A stretch of 64,000 bases of DNA from Anthoceros angustus (Eukaryota; Plantae; Anthocerotophyta), in NCBI GenBank assembly GCA_010909165.1, contig VJWM01000151.1, positions 496,001 to 560,000 on the forward strand, written 5' to 3'. Below, piece by piece: positions 44,349-58,111 of this stretch. The position numbers and the translations under genes were made by a program. Positions within the stretch are counted from its first letter, which is position 1, and each line of letters starts with the position of its first letter. Below the pieces are notes generated by a model. That model was not told where the DNA came from, made no database searches, and saw only the letters and a list, made by a program, of their open reading frames with translations.

Positions 44349-44624
44349 TCTTGATTCTCAGGTGCAGCTGGATTTTCAGACTGCAGGGCACAAAAAAGAG
44401 GTGTAGATTGAGTGGAAGAAAGGACGAAAATTGAATGCAGCGCAGAGCGCAACCCAACAAGTAGCTAGGTACTAGCTTTTTAGCATGACCGAGGGGAGGA
44501 GGAGGTAACGGCCCGTTGTCACGCCAAGCGGAAGGCAAGCTGAAACGACCTAATCATCCAGGCTCCAGGCTGCAGTGAAAACGAGAACCAGTTTGAAGAT
44601 CATCGTAGAGGCAGCGGTGGCGTC
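44349..44624. promoter_or_regulatory. Short head-to-head intergenic region (probable bidirectional promoter) between IFT140 and TRM6
   Basis: The divergent inferred start codons lie 277 bp apart. Confidence 0.5.
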
Positions 44625-47086
44625 ATGAAGGACATGGAGAAGGTGGAGGCGAGCGCAGATGGCGAGGAGGAGAGAGTGCGATTACGCCGGGCTCCCATCA
44701 TGGAGGCTGGAAATGCTGTGCTTCTGGACATCAATGATGGCGACCGAGCTCTGTTTGCGCATCTCACCCCCTCTGCGTGCGTAATTCATCTGCATGCACG
44801 CTCATGCGCTGGCTCCTGCTGTTCTGATCATTTTGGCCCTGCTGCCTGTGCTAATTCCCAAAAGCTTGGCTGCAGAGATGTGAAGATTGGGAAGTCCAAC
44901 TGCTCGCTGGCTCCCTTGATAGGATGTCCTTACGGCACAGTTTTCGAGGTCCAGTATGGAGGTGGCAAACCCCGACTCCACAAACTACAGCAGGGGAATA
45001 ATGCTGAGCAGGAGCAGGCAAGGGAAAACGCAAGTGAAGAAGCAGAGGAGCAGCATGGCAGAGACAACCGGAATTTGGTTGATAATAATACTGCTCAGAG
45101 TCTATCAGTGGAGGACATAGAGAATCTGCGCAGGTGTTGCCAAAATATCAACCCTCTTTGCTCTTGCGATTTTGAGCTCTCGGTTTGCTTGATGGATGTA
45201 ATGTGGAACATTTCTGAATTCCGGTACTGTGACTGCACAGGTCGGGGGCATCAGGGAAGGAGATTATTGATGCACTAATTGAAAACAGTGCATCCTTTCA
45301 CACTAAAACCCAGTACTCGCAGGTGAGTATGATGTGGTAGGGATTTGGAGAGTGGATGTAGTACGGTTCCTTTGAAATTTGTGAATCATGCTGCTTTTGC
45401 TGCAGGAAAAGTACAAGAGGAAAAAACAGAAAAAGTACTCACCTCAGATCATCACCAGGAGGCCTTCTGCCCTAAGGTTGGTGACCATTGCACTTATAAT
45501 TTGTGGGGAACGTGACTACGCCTGTTCGAAAGCTGTGGAGTGGAGCCACGTTTATCTACCCTGCTGACGTCCTCTCTCACATGAAACTGTCATGTGTGGG
45601 CTTTCTGCAGTGTCTGTGAAGCATACTTCATGAAAAATCCACAAAAGATCGGGTACTGTCTCTTTACCCTATGTGTCTCTGATTTGCACCATCCTGTTGC
45701 TGATTTCTGCCGTAGAGACTTTGTAACGAGTTATACCATGAGTACCACAATTTGGTTCAGCTTCAATAATTTGGGTGCAGGTTCATAAGATCAGACACAC
45801 TGGCACTCTTGCTTTCCCTAGCAAACATAGGAGCACATGCAGATGTTTTAGTCCTGGATCTTGTCGGAGGCCTTCTTACAGCTGCAGTCGCAGAGCGTGT
45901 GGGAGGTGAGACAGATCATCCAAATCACTTCTCATTCCTCCTCGTCTCCTCTCCCTGACTGTCCACCATTACTCCTGCTACTTTTTCAGGCTACGGCTCC
46001 ATCTGCAGCACATATATTTCACCTAAACCCCCATCTATAGACATGATACGGCTGTTCAACTTCGATGCCGCTACTGCAGCCAGGTATGTCATACACCTTT
46101 CACACCTGTCCCTTCCTGCATCCCTGCAACCACACTTCCCATAACCCACACCTCCGCGCGTGCCATGTGCAGCATCCAACGCGCTTCCATGGCGGACCTG
46201 ATCACCGCTCGTGCGGCTGAAAGTGCCACCACGGGTAAGGCTCACTCAGACCTTGCACAACGGGATGCACCGGGGGAGGCTGAACCTGAGCCTCATTCCG
46301 CATGCATGCCTTTGCCCGAGAGATCCTGCGAGGGGGTAGAAGCATCAAGTGAACCAAGAGCGAAGTCATCAAACGGGGATGCAGTTAACACGGCTGTTGA
46401 TCTCGAGGTCCGAGAAAGCAGCATGTGTCCAGAACCAAACGGGAAGGCCGCCACAACCAGTAGACCAAAGCCAGGCAGGCTTGCAAGCCCCCAGGACATC
46501 TCCCGCTGGACACGCAAGGGTTTTAGCAGGTACACACGCCAACTTCCATCTCCTCTGCAAACGCAAATGCACCTCCAGCCCACTAAGTTAACCTAATCAG
46601 TCTCCTTGTTCGATTCTTTTAGCTTACTCGTGGGAGCTCCCGACATGAATCCATGCTCGGTAGCCGAGCAAGTCCTGCCACTGCTACGGGGTTCAGCCTC
46701 CTTCGCCATCTACCATCCCTACCTGCAGGTTTCTCCACTTTACCACATCCCCGCTCACATTCCACCCACCATTTCCTTCTAACAGAAATCTTCTTTCCCT
46801 TTTTGTTTCACCAGCCACTGGCAGAATGTATGCAGGCTCTGCAGCAGCGCCGCACGGCTGTGGCCTTGCAGCTCTCAGAGCCATGGCTTCGAGAATACCA
46901 GGTAATTCGACATCCTTGTGTAAGTAATTAACATTATGTAGATGAACGCATGCATGTGCGTGCGTGTCTGACCTTCTCTCCGCGTGCTGTGCTCCGCAGG
47001 TGCTTCCGGCTCGGACCCATCCGCAAATGCAGATGAGTGCAACCGGCGGCTACATCCTGAGCGGGATCAAAATTGTCGAGTCATGA
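44625..47086 (+). CDS. TRM6: tRNA (adenine-58 N1)-methyltransferase non-catalytic subunit (Gcd10 family)
   Basis: VLLDINDGDR, LIGCPYGTVFEV, RDNRNLVDNNTAQSLSVEDIE, LIENSASFHTKTQYSQEKY, QLQLSEPWLREYQ, ending VLPARTHPQMQMSATGGYILSGIKIVES*. Confidence 0.92.
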
Positions 47087-47432
47087 AGTGAAGCTGGTGT
47101 CAGGAATAGTTCTGTAGGTGCCGCAGGCAGACACTTGTGCTCCAACTGCTGTTGTCCATCTTCAGTGCTGTTGATGCTATGGAGATGCCCACTTGCCACA
47201 CTGAGCAGTGTCCTGGATCCGCCAGCGGTGCCTGCAACTCGCCTGCTGCAGTCACTGTGCACTGCACGGCCAACACTATGAAGCCAGTCCGGTTTCCGTC
47301 CCTTCGTAATCATTTGCACGCGTCATGTGCCAAAAGCTGCCAGTCGGACGGGACTTGCCGAGTGCCGTCTTCCTATGTTGATTCGCATTCGGACTCAGCG
47401 GGGCCCACCACCCTGTTGGATGTGGCCGGAAC

Positions 47433-47860
47433 CTGACTATCATTTTGACCGAGTACTAGCTCAGTCCCGGGACCGCCTAGCCTGGCTACGCTCGGTCCCG
47501 GACCGAGCAGGGACCGTGCCTTTTTGCGACCCTTTGTCACTAAATATAATAAATATTAAATAAATAATTTATAAATAATAATATAAAAGACTGCAGACTG
47601 CGGAGTCCGCACAATGCAGCCGGCAGACTGCAAACTGCGTCCACGATAAGATGGGTCCATGTGTCCATAATAAATATAAATCCTTGTATATAAAATTAAG
47701 TAATTTACTAATTTTAGGACCTTTTATGAACCCTCGGTCCCCGAAGGTAATAGGGGACCGAGGGTGGGGACTGGACTCCCGAAGAACCTCCGGTCCCATG
47801 TTTTTTTTAACACATGCCGGGACCGGGACCGAGCTTGGCATGGGTCAAAATGACACCCAG
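47433..47860. mobile_element. hAT-type MITE, same family as 26281-26668 in the opposite orientation
   Basis: Ends CTGACTATCATTTTGACC / GGTCAAAATGACACCCAG with 8-bp TSD GCCGGAAC at 47425-47432 and 47861-47868. Internal blocks are the reverse complement of the first copy. Confidence 0.9.
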
Positions 47861-48488
47861 GCCGGAACCCCTTACAATCTCGTTGAATACATCTGCTTCT
47901 TCTCCGCTATTTCACTCGAGTTGCTAATTTGCTAACGGAAAAAACTTGCTACCGGTATGCTTAGGTGTGGTAGGGTCGTCGACTAGATGAAGAGTGCAGC
48001 TAATATGTTTTACATGATCACTATTTTTAATATATGATACTGTTCAAACTAGCACATGTAGAATTTTTTTATCTCTAATAGATTTTTATTATTTTTTTGA
48101 TCTGAAGTATAAAAAAGTTGATATTTATCTAATAACTACATCAATATTTTACAAGGATTCTATGCTTATAGTGATACATAAACGGTCTAGCTATATGAGA
48201 AGGTTAATTAAATAAAATATATCAAAAAAAGAATGAAACTTAACTTTTTGTACTCTTCGTTGACTCAACATGTTACACAAAATGTATAGCCTCAACATTG
48301 CTATATATTTTATAAAGTATGGTTTTGCTCTTAATGTCTCTTCGACGTAGGAGTTCATTGGTTCTTGGGATATAATACTCAAAATAATAGTTACATTGTT
48401 TAGAAAGTTTGATAAACATATTCAATCATTCCACTGCTGAAATCTTTGATTATGGATAGTCTATTTGCTCACAAACTCTCCACTCTAC

Positions 48489-48612
48489 TGCCACCGATGT
48501 TCTCCAATTTATTGCCTAATGCCACCATTGTTTTCCAATTTATTGCCTGATGCCACCATTGTTCTCCAATTTATTGTCTGATGCCACAATTGTTCTCCAA
48601 TTTATTACCTAA
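48489..48612. repeat. 31-bp tandem repeat, about 4 copies
   Basis: Unit approximately TGCCACCATTGTTCTCCAATTTATTGCCTGA. Confidence 0.9.
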
Positions 48613-49172
48613 GATTGCCGCATCAGAATATATGGATTGTGTATTATTTAGCATGACAATAGTGGAGACCTCTAGTAACTTAATCTACATGATATTGAAG
48701 GAAAGATTAGTTAGCCTAAGAATGGTCGATACCCTTCATAATTCAAAGTACCTCATATTGAATTAATAATTACTTGCTTATTGTTTAAGATCTATTATAT
48801 AACACAAATTGATCATTATCCTTTGTCCCATTGTTATTCGACTCGTGCGCACGTATGCATTTTGTATGTTATGGCATGCTAGTTGACTAGAGCAACTTTA
48901 TGAAGTTGGACAAGTCACTTATATGGTGAGGTTTACAACTTAACAAAAGATTTTGTTACTTGGCGTTTATAGTTGTTGCAAACCGATTGCTTCAACCCTA
49001 TGCACAACCGATGTACTACTCCGTGAGCCGCTGTAGAGACAACCTCAGCGAGAGGGAGTATGACTATAGCTTCTGGAAGTCGAGTTGATAGACTGTAGCA
49101 CAAATGCAACATTACAACAACAAGTGATCAACCTCTGATCAGCTTGTAACTCATCTAGTATGAGAGGGAGAG

Positions 49173-49374
49173 GTAGAGGATAAAACAGACTGAGTTAGTT
49201 ACAAGTGACTAAGAGGTAACTAGCGCACGTTAGACCAGCTAGAATTATCTAGCGAAGGGTCGTGACTCTTCATACTTAGGCTATAAAAGTCCGCCATGTA
49301 AACACAATTGTAGTTCATAACTAAAAAGCATATGTTTCTCATTTTCATACGCTTCCGCACAAGCTCTTCTAACT
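49173..49374 (+). repeat. Copia-family LTR (+ orientation) preceded by a polypurine tract
   Basis: GAGAGGGAGAGG precedes TAGAGGATAAAACAGACTGAGTTAG...TTTCATACGCTTCCGCACAAGCTCTTCTAAC. Both ends match the reverse complement of 53943-54005. Confidence 0.75.
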
Positions 49375-51678
49375 AATAGATGTTTCCACGGCTTTCCTAA
49401 ATGATAAACTTGAACAAGTCATGTGTAAGACCAAACATGAGAGTTTTAGGATCTACCTATCCTGGAATAGATCGGGATAGGCATAGGGAAAAGAACAAGA
49501 CAAATGTTGGCACGCAGGGGGTTAAGAACTAAGCAAACACACATATAAACAAACAAATAAGGAGCACCAAAAACTCGTTGGGCAACAACAACCGCAAAAT
49601 AATAACATCCTTAACGGAATCGTGTGCTAGGTGGTGTAAGCACCCGAGCCGGTGATGAGGAAACAATTTATGTTAGGTGCGTAGGGCTAATAAATAGTAC
49701 CTTGACAAATATTAATCTTATTACTCTCATTCAATATGGAATGAGTGAGACATTAGCTAAATAAGGCACAAAGATAATTTTTCTTACACACCTACAGCGA
49801 ATATCCAGTAATCTAAGTTGCAATGCTGATGGTTATCCTCTTAATCCACCGACAATAATACATTAAATAAATACTTAAGCACGTCAAACTTTATGTGTGT
49901 AATTTTCGACGCGAGGTTACCAACTAATAAAATACAAATGAAAAAGATGAACCTCTGTAGGCACCTCAAGTGCCCACTAGTGGGCATTTCGCCAACAGTT
50001 AACCAAGTCCCCTTACAGTGATTGTGAAATTCAAGACATATAACACTTATATTCACTTATTTATTGAATTTTAAATCTTGAGGTTTTCTCCCCATTAGTA
50101 CTCTACTCCATAACATTGTATTCATTCATTCATTCATAGACTTTAGAACTTGATTAATGTTTATAACCAAATTGTAGCCAATCTAAAAGATGCATTTGTA
50201 GAAAGGCTAACCAAAATTTTTGAAGCAAAACATCTTTATTCAGTCACGACAAATAAAACCATCGTTACTAATGTTTGTTACCCAATCGTTAGAAATGATA
50301 ACTCAGGTTGTTGAAACATTAGTTTTCCTTGATGCTCAGAAGCGTTATTATTTGTACCAAACCAAAAGCAAATTATTTTTCATTTTTTGACTTTTATTTT
50401 TATATTAAATTTCTCATGGATTTGTATTCTGTTCATTAGAATTCATATTTTGTTATTTTAGCATCTGGTTTGTGACTTGTTACTTATGGGTTGTTCCATA
50501 AGTAACAAATTAACTTGAATTCGGGTGTATTTTTTATGTCTAATTTGTTAACTGTTGCGTACTGTAGGCTTCATAACTAAGAAAGTTATAGTGACCTCTC
50601 ACGCTATCTTTGTTCAAAGCTAACTTGATTGGAGATACACCGCAAAGAAAAGCTTTACACAATTGTTCTTTTAGCATTCGAATATATTCAACATTTGATC
50701 ATTCTATGCGATAATGATAATGTTGAACGATGTACAAATATTTCTGTAGTTGTCATTCTCAATGGTTAGCTGAGTGCACGCCGTGAACTCTAGCCGTGCC
50801 CTGTAGTGAAAGCAACTATAAAATTGCCCAAAGAACAAGATTAGTCAAACCCTAGAATCCTTCATTCATTTGTACCCGTTGCTACAACAACTCAAAAAAT
50901 ACAAACATGGTATCATTGTGTTCCTCTCACCAGATAATACAAAAATCGTTACATTCAACTTAGTGGTTTGCGAGAAAATTGACCTCGTATTGTAATCATA
51001 CTTGACATCCGTGTTAATGCCATCAACCATCCTTCCTCGCAGCTTAGGGCGCTATGGACTCCAGCCATGGCCTACAACGAAACCAGCCATATAATTGCCC
51101 AAAGCGTAGAATTGGTCAAACCCTAGAATCCTTCTTCCACATATACTCATTGCTACAGCCCTTTAAAAAATTAATACGTATATGGTATCACGGTGTTCCT
51201 CTCATCAATACCTATTTGATAAATCAAAATGGTCACAGTTAGCTTAGTGGTTTGCGAGAAGCAAAATAGGCTTACTGGCTAACTACCGAAGCCACAAGTG
51301 AGGATACTGAGGATATGTTCTTTAGTATGTTCAATGTTCTTTAGTTGTCATTCTCTATGGTTTTTTGAATGGTCAGTACCACTTCCTCCATCGGAAACAG
51401 TTCCTACAACATCTTCCTTCCTCAACCCCCATAGCATATGCTGTGTTGTAGTGAATAAGAGTAGGTTTGTGCACCAAAATCCACCAAACACCTTCCTTGG
51501 TACAGGGTCTTCCAAACACCTTCCTTGGTACAGGGTCCACCAAACACCTTCCTTGGTACTTGGTCTACAAGGAACTCTTGCTTACTGTTATAAAAAAACG
51601 TGCAAAGATGACAAGGCACAAGGCGATAGGGATTATTGCGCTCTATCTCCTTTTGCCTTTGGCTTGATTTTTGATGTT

Positions 51679-54005
51679 TCATGTACAACTTGAGAAAGAC
51701 AATAAATCTATGTACGAACCAAGCCTTTCTCTGTGGAAGCAGTATTTAAACTTTGGCAGGGATTTTGTTAGCAAATTTGTCGTATTGTCGTCTGTGGGTA
51801 CATATTGTACCTTAACAATTCCTCTTTCAGCAACGTCACGAATGTAATGATGTTGGATCTCAATATGCTTCGTACGCGTATGGAAGACTGGACTAGCGAC
51901 AAGAGCAATTGCTGACATGTTATCACAATTAAGCATCGTTGGCCCTTCCTGCGACATTCCCAAATCTTCGCATAGCTTTCTTTCCCATTCAGCCTCCTTA
52001 GTGGCTTCTGTGAGCTCTTTATACTCTAACTCTGTTAACGACAAAGATATTGCTGCTTGTTTTCTACAAGACCAGTTAACAACAGTGGAGCCGACTAGAT
52101 AGAAAGCAATATGCTGAAATACTTTTTGGGTATCAACATCAGAAGCTCAGTTTGCATCGACAAAACATGTCAGTAGCAGGTGCGTCTTTCAGCTATGTTT
52201 GTAGCAGAGGCCATAATTAGGTGTACCCTTGAGGTATCGCATAATTCGTTTGAGAGCAATCTAGTGATCCTTTCCTGCACACTCTGAGAGTTGAGTAATT
52301 GCATTTATAGTATTCGAAATATCAGGTCTCGTTTGATTACCCAAGAACATGAGAGTTTCGACTCCCATACGATAGGATCTATTTTTCATCTCCTTCTTTT
52401 CCTGTATAGATTGAGAGCAGGAGGCAGGTTTTTGATAAGTGAGTTAAATTTATCGTCAATAGCCAATTTCCACTCCGGATGAGAATATGCCTCTTGAAGA
52501 GAGAATGAGACTCCTTCTGAAGGAATAATACTTAGAACGTGAAAGAAGTCGGTTGCAATTGTAGTATAACCAGCTTGATTGGACTCTATATCAAAGGGCT
52601 TCTCATTCCAGAGATGTCTAGGTTGTCGTTAACGCGAAGGGTAACGTCGCTCAGGAACCGGAGCAGGTATAATCGAGGAATAGGGAACCAACAATGCCTC
52701 TGGGGTTTGGAAGAGCAGAATCGCCAAAGGAGTCTTCTTTGTTTTCAGGAGGATCAACCATGGCCTGTGCATCTTCCTCCTCTTGAGCGGAAACTATAGG
52801 AATAGGAGCTGCTTGAGGTGAAGAGGCCAGGGAGGGGGCAGTATCCCCAAGGGGACCAATGTCAGAGAAAACAGAGCGTGGAGTGCTGAACTCAATTGTA
52901 GGGTCATCGAGGTCGGAAATAGCAGTCTGTTGTGTGTCAGAAATAATAGCCAAAGGCACAGAGTGACCAGGAGCTAACCAAGGCTCATCAAATGTGATTG
53001 TGCGAGCATATATAATAGCATGGGTATCCAAGTTCCATCTGAGTCAGTCTCTGAGACCGATGTCCCATCTGCCAGATACCGCTTTTTCTTATTCGAAATC
53101 GAAGGGGATTTTGCATCCTGAGTGATTTGCCTTGGATTTGTTGATGAAGAGTGAGCGAGTGTGGCAGGGGAGTACCGAGAAGAGTTGATATGTGGCTGAT
53201 AAGAACATGAGGGTCTCCTACTGATAGACCCTGAGATGTCTCGACAAAATCGTAGTAGGCTAGTGTTTGAGCTTTTTGACCATCGACCTTTGGGAATTTC
53301 GGATGACCGGTTGTGTGGTCTGCTGAGAGAAGAGTCATAGCCTAATGTTGAGGAGTAGTTCTTATGTCCACAGTCATGTATGAATGATGCCAACACCTCA
53401 ACTAGCGTAAATTCTAATTGATGAAGATTGTTCGAATAAGACCGTTGTCGATTGGATAGTGAAGTGTGGTTGTGACCACATTGAGCATAGTCTCTAGATT
53501 TTCTTGCGTGGGATTTGCTAGTCGAATGTCTTCTTGCCATGTTGATAGTATAAGTATACAAGAAAGCAAATGAGCAAGAAGAGCAAACGCAAAAACAAAA
53601 GGCTAGGAGAAATAGATGCCTTGAAAAATGCTTTACAGAGATCTAGTGCAAGCAAACCCTCCTAAGTAAATAATTATAAGAAGGGTGTCTAGATGGAGTA
53701 GACAAACTATTGTGTTTGAAGGGAATTCTAAAAATAGGATTCCTAATTACATATCAAGTAATTATAGCCTAAGAAATATATACATTTAGGCAATCATTAG
53801 TTAATGAAACACAAGGAGAATATCTAGACAAATTGGCAATAGAACCAAAAGCACATGATTACAGCAAATGAATAGCAAGGTGAACGTAAGACTATGTCAA
53901 AATGCATTTTGCCTCTGTTGCAAAGCACTTGCTCTGATACCAAGTTAGAAGAGCTTGCGCGGAAGCGTATGAAATTACTAACTCAGTCTGTTTTATCCTC
54001 TAACT
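51679..54005 (-). mobile_element. Internally deleted Ty1/copia retrotransposon
   Basis: tRNA-iMet PBS TGGTATCAGAGC (53931-53942, minus strand) lies next to a shortened 5' LTR. RT remnant ALKRIMRYLKGTPNYGLCY; RNase H ORF 51679-52044 (CDNMSAIAL..PVFHTRTKHIEIQHHYIRD..LLTKSL). Confidence 0.88.
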
Positions 54006-54219
54006 CTATTTGATGCACATCTAAATCAAACTCCGCGGGCATTGCAAGCAAGATGCAAACCAAAGGTGGCTGTGCCACGGGAGACAAGATGTCGCCATAT
54101 TTGTCTTCTTTGCGACTCTGTGGGATCGCATTGCTGGGCACAAGTTATAGATTTGTGTCACGTTTTCCTGTTCGCGGGCTCTAGGTTATCTTGGATGGTA
54201 GCTAGTTCCTCATGAGGTT

Positions 54220-54340
54220 GGTTTGCTAAGTGTACCTTCAACAATCTGAAGCAAGTCTTGAGTGCACACTTCATGAATCCACTGCGACCACACTTAAAAC
54301 TTAGTGCCATCTACCAATCCTTCTCCTTTAAACCTGTGTT
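54220..54340 (-). pseudogene. Possible copia gag N-terminal remnant
   Basis: DGTKF*VWSQW...LLQIVEGTLSKP resembles the LDG.NY..W...L..IV.G...KP motif. Confidence 0.4.
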
Positions 54341-56285
54341 AACCTTCATTTTATTGAACACGAGCGTGAAAGGTGTGATGGTCAGCCGTGGTGGTGAAGA
54401 TGATGTTCCAACTATGCTTGAGGTGATTTCTCCCAACGATGAGCAGATTAAGTGTTGCGACACAACACCGAGAACACACGTTAGAACGAAAGAATTTATT
54501 CGTCAAGTTACTCGTAAGGAATTTCCTTGTCAAAGAATTTACCTTCCCAATAAAATTAAGTATTAAGTTGACGTTTGGTTCTTGATTGCCTTTTCATACC
54601 AACTGTTCCGAAAAGGACGGGTTTTAGGCGTACGAGTAGATGCGACACCTTGAGCACCACCGCCTCTAGCTCCTACAGATCATAAAAGGGGCCAATCTTA
54701 TTGCTCTCGACAATCCTCTCCGTAACCAAGCGTGCTTGAATGACTATTAGACATTGGACCAAATTGATCAAGTTAATATTAGCACACGTCTTGCTTCTAT
54801 CCAAGAAGAAGGCGGTTAGTATGAGAGTGAACATCATCCTTTTCTTATGAAAAAATAAATAAATAAATATTCATTTTTAATTGCAAATGACAATGTCTTT
54901 TTTTTTTGTGTACACTAACTATGGAGTAACTTAGTCCAATAGTAAGCCTTATTTATCTTCATTTCTCAGTAGGTGCAAAAAGATAGTGCATCGACTCCAT
55001 CAAATTTTGGGAACGTAAAAAACATCATGGAATATCATCTCAAAAGGGCAAGAGATGGCAAGAGTGGTTTTGGGATGTATAGAAAACTTTGAGAATTTCA
55101 TTAGTAATTAGAACAAGGTTTGATATTAAGTTTGAGATCACATATGTGTAACCGTCTTACATCAACTACAAGCTTTACAGGTAGAGGACTGATAGAGAAT
55201 CAAGGATAACACAAGAATAAGTTTTTCATATCGAGAGGTACTCATAATTAGTCCAAAATCACCGATGACTTTGAGCAAGTTTTTTTAATTAATTGAAATG
55301 AAGTGAATATAATCAAAATTTGAGCCACATACTAATCAAAATGGTAAAATAGAGTACACATATAAACTAAAATAAGATATTTTTATTATAGATATAGGAT
55401 TTGTGATTCCCGAGTCTGGTTCATACCTACCTCTATATATGAAGGGTTAAAGGTTAAGTTTTACGTGTTTGTTAGACTTGTGATTTTGCGAGTGGAGTCC
55501 TATTGGGGGCTGTAGTGTTTGCTGGTAAGAAGTCACTAGAAGCGTCGATCTGGGACGGTAGAGGCGGAACGTCTTGCCTGGGGTGGAGGCCCAACTGGTA
55601 GCTGGGGCTCAATTTAGAAAGGGAGGAAACGTGACGCAAAATTAAGGCCGGTTTCCTTGTTCCTTTGTTCCCTAGTTTCCTTTAGGTTGTGTAGCAGCGG
55701 GACGTGGGCGCACGCCACGGCTGCGGAGCGTGGCGAGTCACATTCTGGTCCCATCGCGCCGGCCGACCCAGGTCAGTACTAGCCTTCCTTTCTGCTTTGC
55801 CCTCTTTCCCGCCTGGGCTGGGCTGGCGTGCTTGCTTTCCCTGGTTCCGTCGCGCACAGTGGAAGCCATCTTGTAGGCAAGCGCCCGGGCAGCCCGTCCC
55901 TCCCGCCCTAACCCCTCGCTCGTGTCTGCGGGCGTTCATTCACGTTCCGCCCCTTGTTGTGCCATCGCGCTCTCTTGCAGCAGGCAGCAGCGCGCCATCG
56001 GAGGACAGCGGAGCGGAGCTTCTTGCACCGACTGGCTGTGCGTCGCAGCCGCTGCGGTTGGGAGCGGCCTGCATCAGGCGCCCGTGTCGCGGTGCTCGCC
56101 TGACGCGCATCTTGCTGGAGGGAGGCGAGGCAGCACACGCGTGTGTAGCCTGCCAGCCAGCCGCCCTAACCCCGGAGTGGAGCGGGCCGCCGTGTCATTC
56201 CGCGGCACCGGTCTTGTGGAGCTTCTTGCTGTGCCTGTTGCTGGTGCAACGTATCTTCTGCTGTGGTCTTGGAAGTGCCTCGGCT

Positions 56286-58111
56286 ATGGATCGGTATCAA
56301 AGAGTGGAGAAACCGCGGCCGGAGACGCCTATAAGCGAGAATGAGATTCGCATCACAACGCAGGGGAAAATGAGGAATTACATCACCTATGCTACCACAC
56401 TGCTGCAGGTGCGCACCTCCTCTGCAGATCCGGCTGCGGAGATTTTTTTTCTGCCCCTTGAGCAGGGAAATCTAGCTTGCCGCCTTTGCATGTGCTCTTC
56501 TTTGGATCCGTCCTGCGGTTTCCGTGTCCGCCGCTCTCTGCTGGTGTTTGATTTCCCTCCGATTTGTTTGGTGCCAGGATAAAGGTGCATCTGAAATTGT
56601 CCTCAAGGCTATGGGCCGTGCTATCAACAAGACGGTGACTATCGCCGAGATTATCAAGGTCGGCCACGGTTTCGTGCTACTTGAATGGATGTGACTTGGT
56701 TGTAGATTTATTGGCCTTGCTTCACAAGGCTGCGTGTTGTTCTGACATGCAGTTTTCTAACCTAAGATCTAGCTGCTGTCCATGAGCTCTGTGCTGGAAA
56801 GTTGATTGTTGGATTTGCGATGGATTTATGGCAGAGGAGAATTGCCGGCCTACACCAGAACACTGCTATTGGATCTACTGATATTACTGATCTGTGGGAG
56901 CCATTGGAAGAAGGGCTATTTCCGTGAGCACTTTCTCTTTTCTGCCGACGGCACTATAACTTTACTTCACCTTCAGCAGCTGTGCACTCAAGTTTCTGTG
57001 TGGAGTCTTTTCGTGATCCTCACGGTGGGATGTTTTTGTATCAGTTTGGAGACTACAAGACATGTTTCTATGATCACCATCACTTTGTCGACTAAGGAGT
57101 TGGATAAGACATCCACCGGGTAAAGTCGCTCTTCCTTCCATCTGGAACAGGTGGCCTGTCTTCTGACCGAAGAGAGGAGCAATTGACCAGCTGAGTGGTA
57201 GACTTTAAGGTGTTTAGGGTTATGTATCAGGGTTTACTGGTGACAGTCAACGTGTTTCTGCGGTTGCAGGTATCAGCCACCTCTCCCTGCGGATCAGGTC
57301 AAACCTCTGACGGATTTTGAGTATGAAGGAGGTTGTTACTTACTCCATTTCCCGGTTCCTGACTGTTTGCTTGGTAGTGGAGTCTCCTGGTGGTGTGCTC
57401 CTTCCCGTTCTTGCGTCAAGTAGTTCCCCGGGAGTGGGTGATTTAAGGGTTTATATGGAAGGGTGAAATTATCACGGGACAAAGCTTAGTGGATACTTTT
57501 TGAGATTGTGCATGTGTATGTCCAGAGGGATCTCCACCAGGTGGAAGGGGTCGAGGTCGGGGTCGTGGCAGGGGAAGAGAAACTGACGGTGCATACCTGG
57601 CGCCCTACACCTTTAGACTCGAAAGGTGTGCTGCTGATAGTTTGCTCGCGTTTGACTCTGGACTGCTGTGGTTGCAGGGAATGGGGCTCCAGCTGGTGGT
57701 GATTTCAACAGTGAAGCAGGTTGGGGCCGGGGCCGAGGCCGCGGTCGAGGTCGGGGAAGAGCTCGTGGAGGTTTTCGTGGACGTGGAAGAGGTTTTGGTG
57801 GCACTGACACCACTGCGCAAGAAGCTGGCAGCTATGAAGATGCACCTGCGGCTACCGCTTCATCTGGCGAAGGAGCTTCTCGAGGCCGAGGTGGCATTCC
57901 TGTTGAAGGTAAAAAGTCCGGTAACCTAGGGCAACCAGAATGTGCCTAGCTCATGGGACTTGGCTCTAGCTTTTTTATTTGTTTTCTGAAAGAAAAATGT
58001 ACTTGGTTTTCAGGACGCGGGCGTGGCAGAGGAAGAGGCAGGGGCCGAGGCCGAGGGTACCGTACCGATGGGCCGATGCAAGGAGGCCCGACAGCAACCG
58101 TAGCTGCCTGA
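56286..58111 (+). CDS. Alba-domain protein, Rpp25-like, with C-terminal RGG repeats
   Basis: MDRYQRVEKPRPETPISENEIRITTQGKMRNYITYA, IVLKAMGRAINKTVTIAEIIK, RHVSMITITLSTKELD..TGYQPPLP, multiple GRGRGR blocks, stop at 58109-58111. Confidence 0.92.

Noticed and set aside
55704-56285. Long in-frame upstream extension of Alba
   Set aside because: GC-rich 5' UTR/intron sequence; the conserved Alba start is MDRYQRVEKP at 56286.
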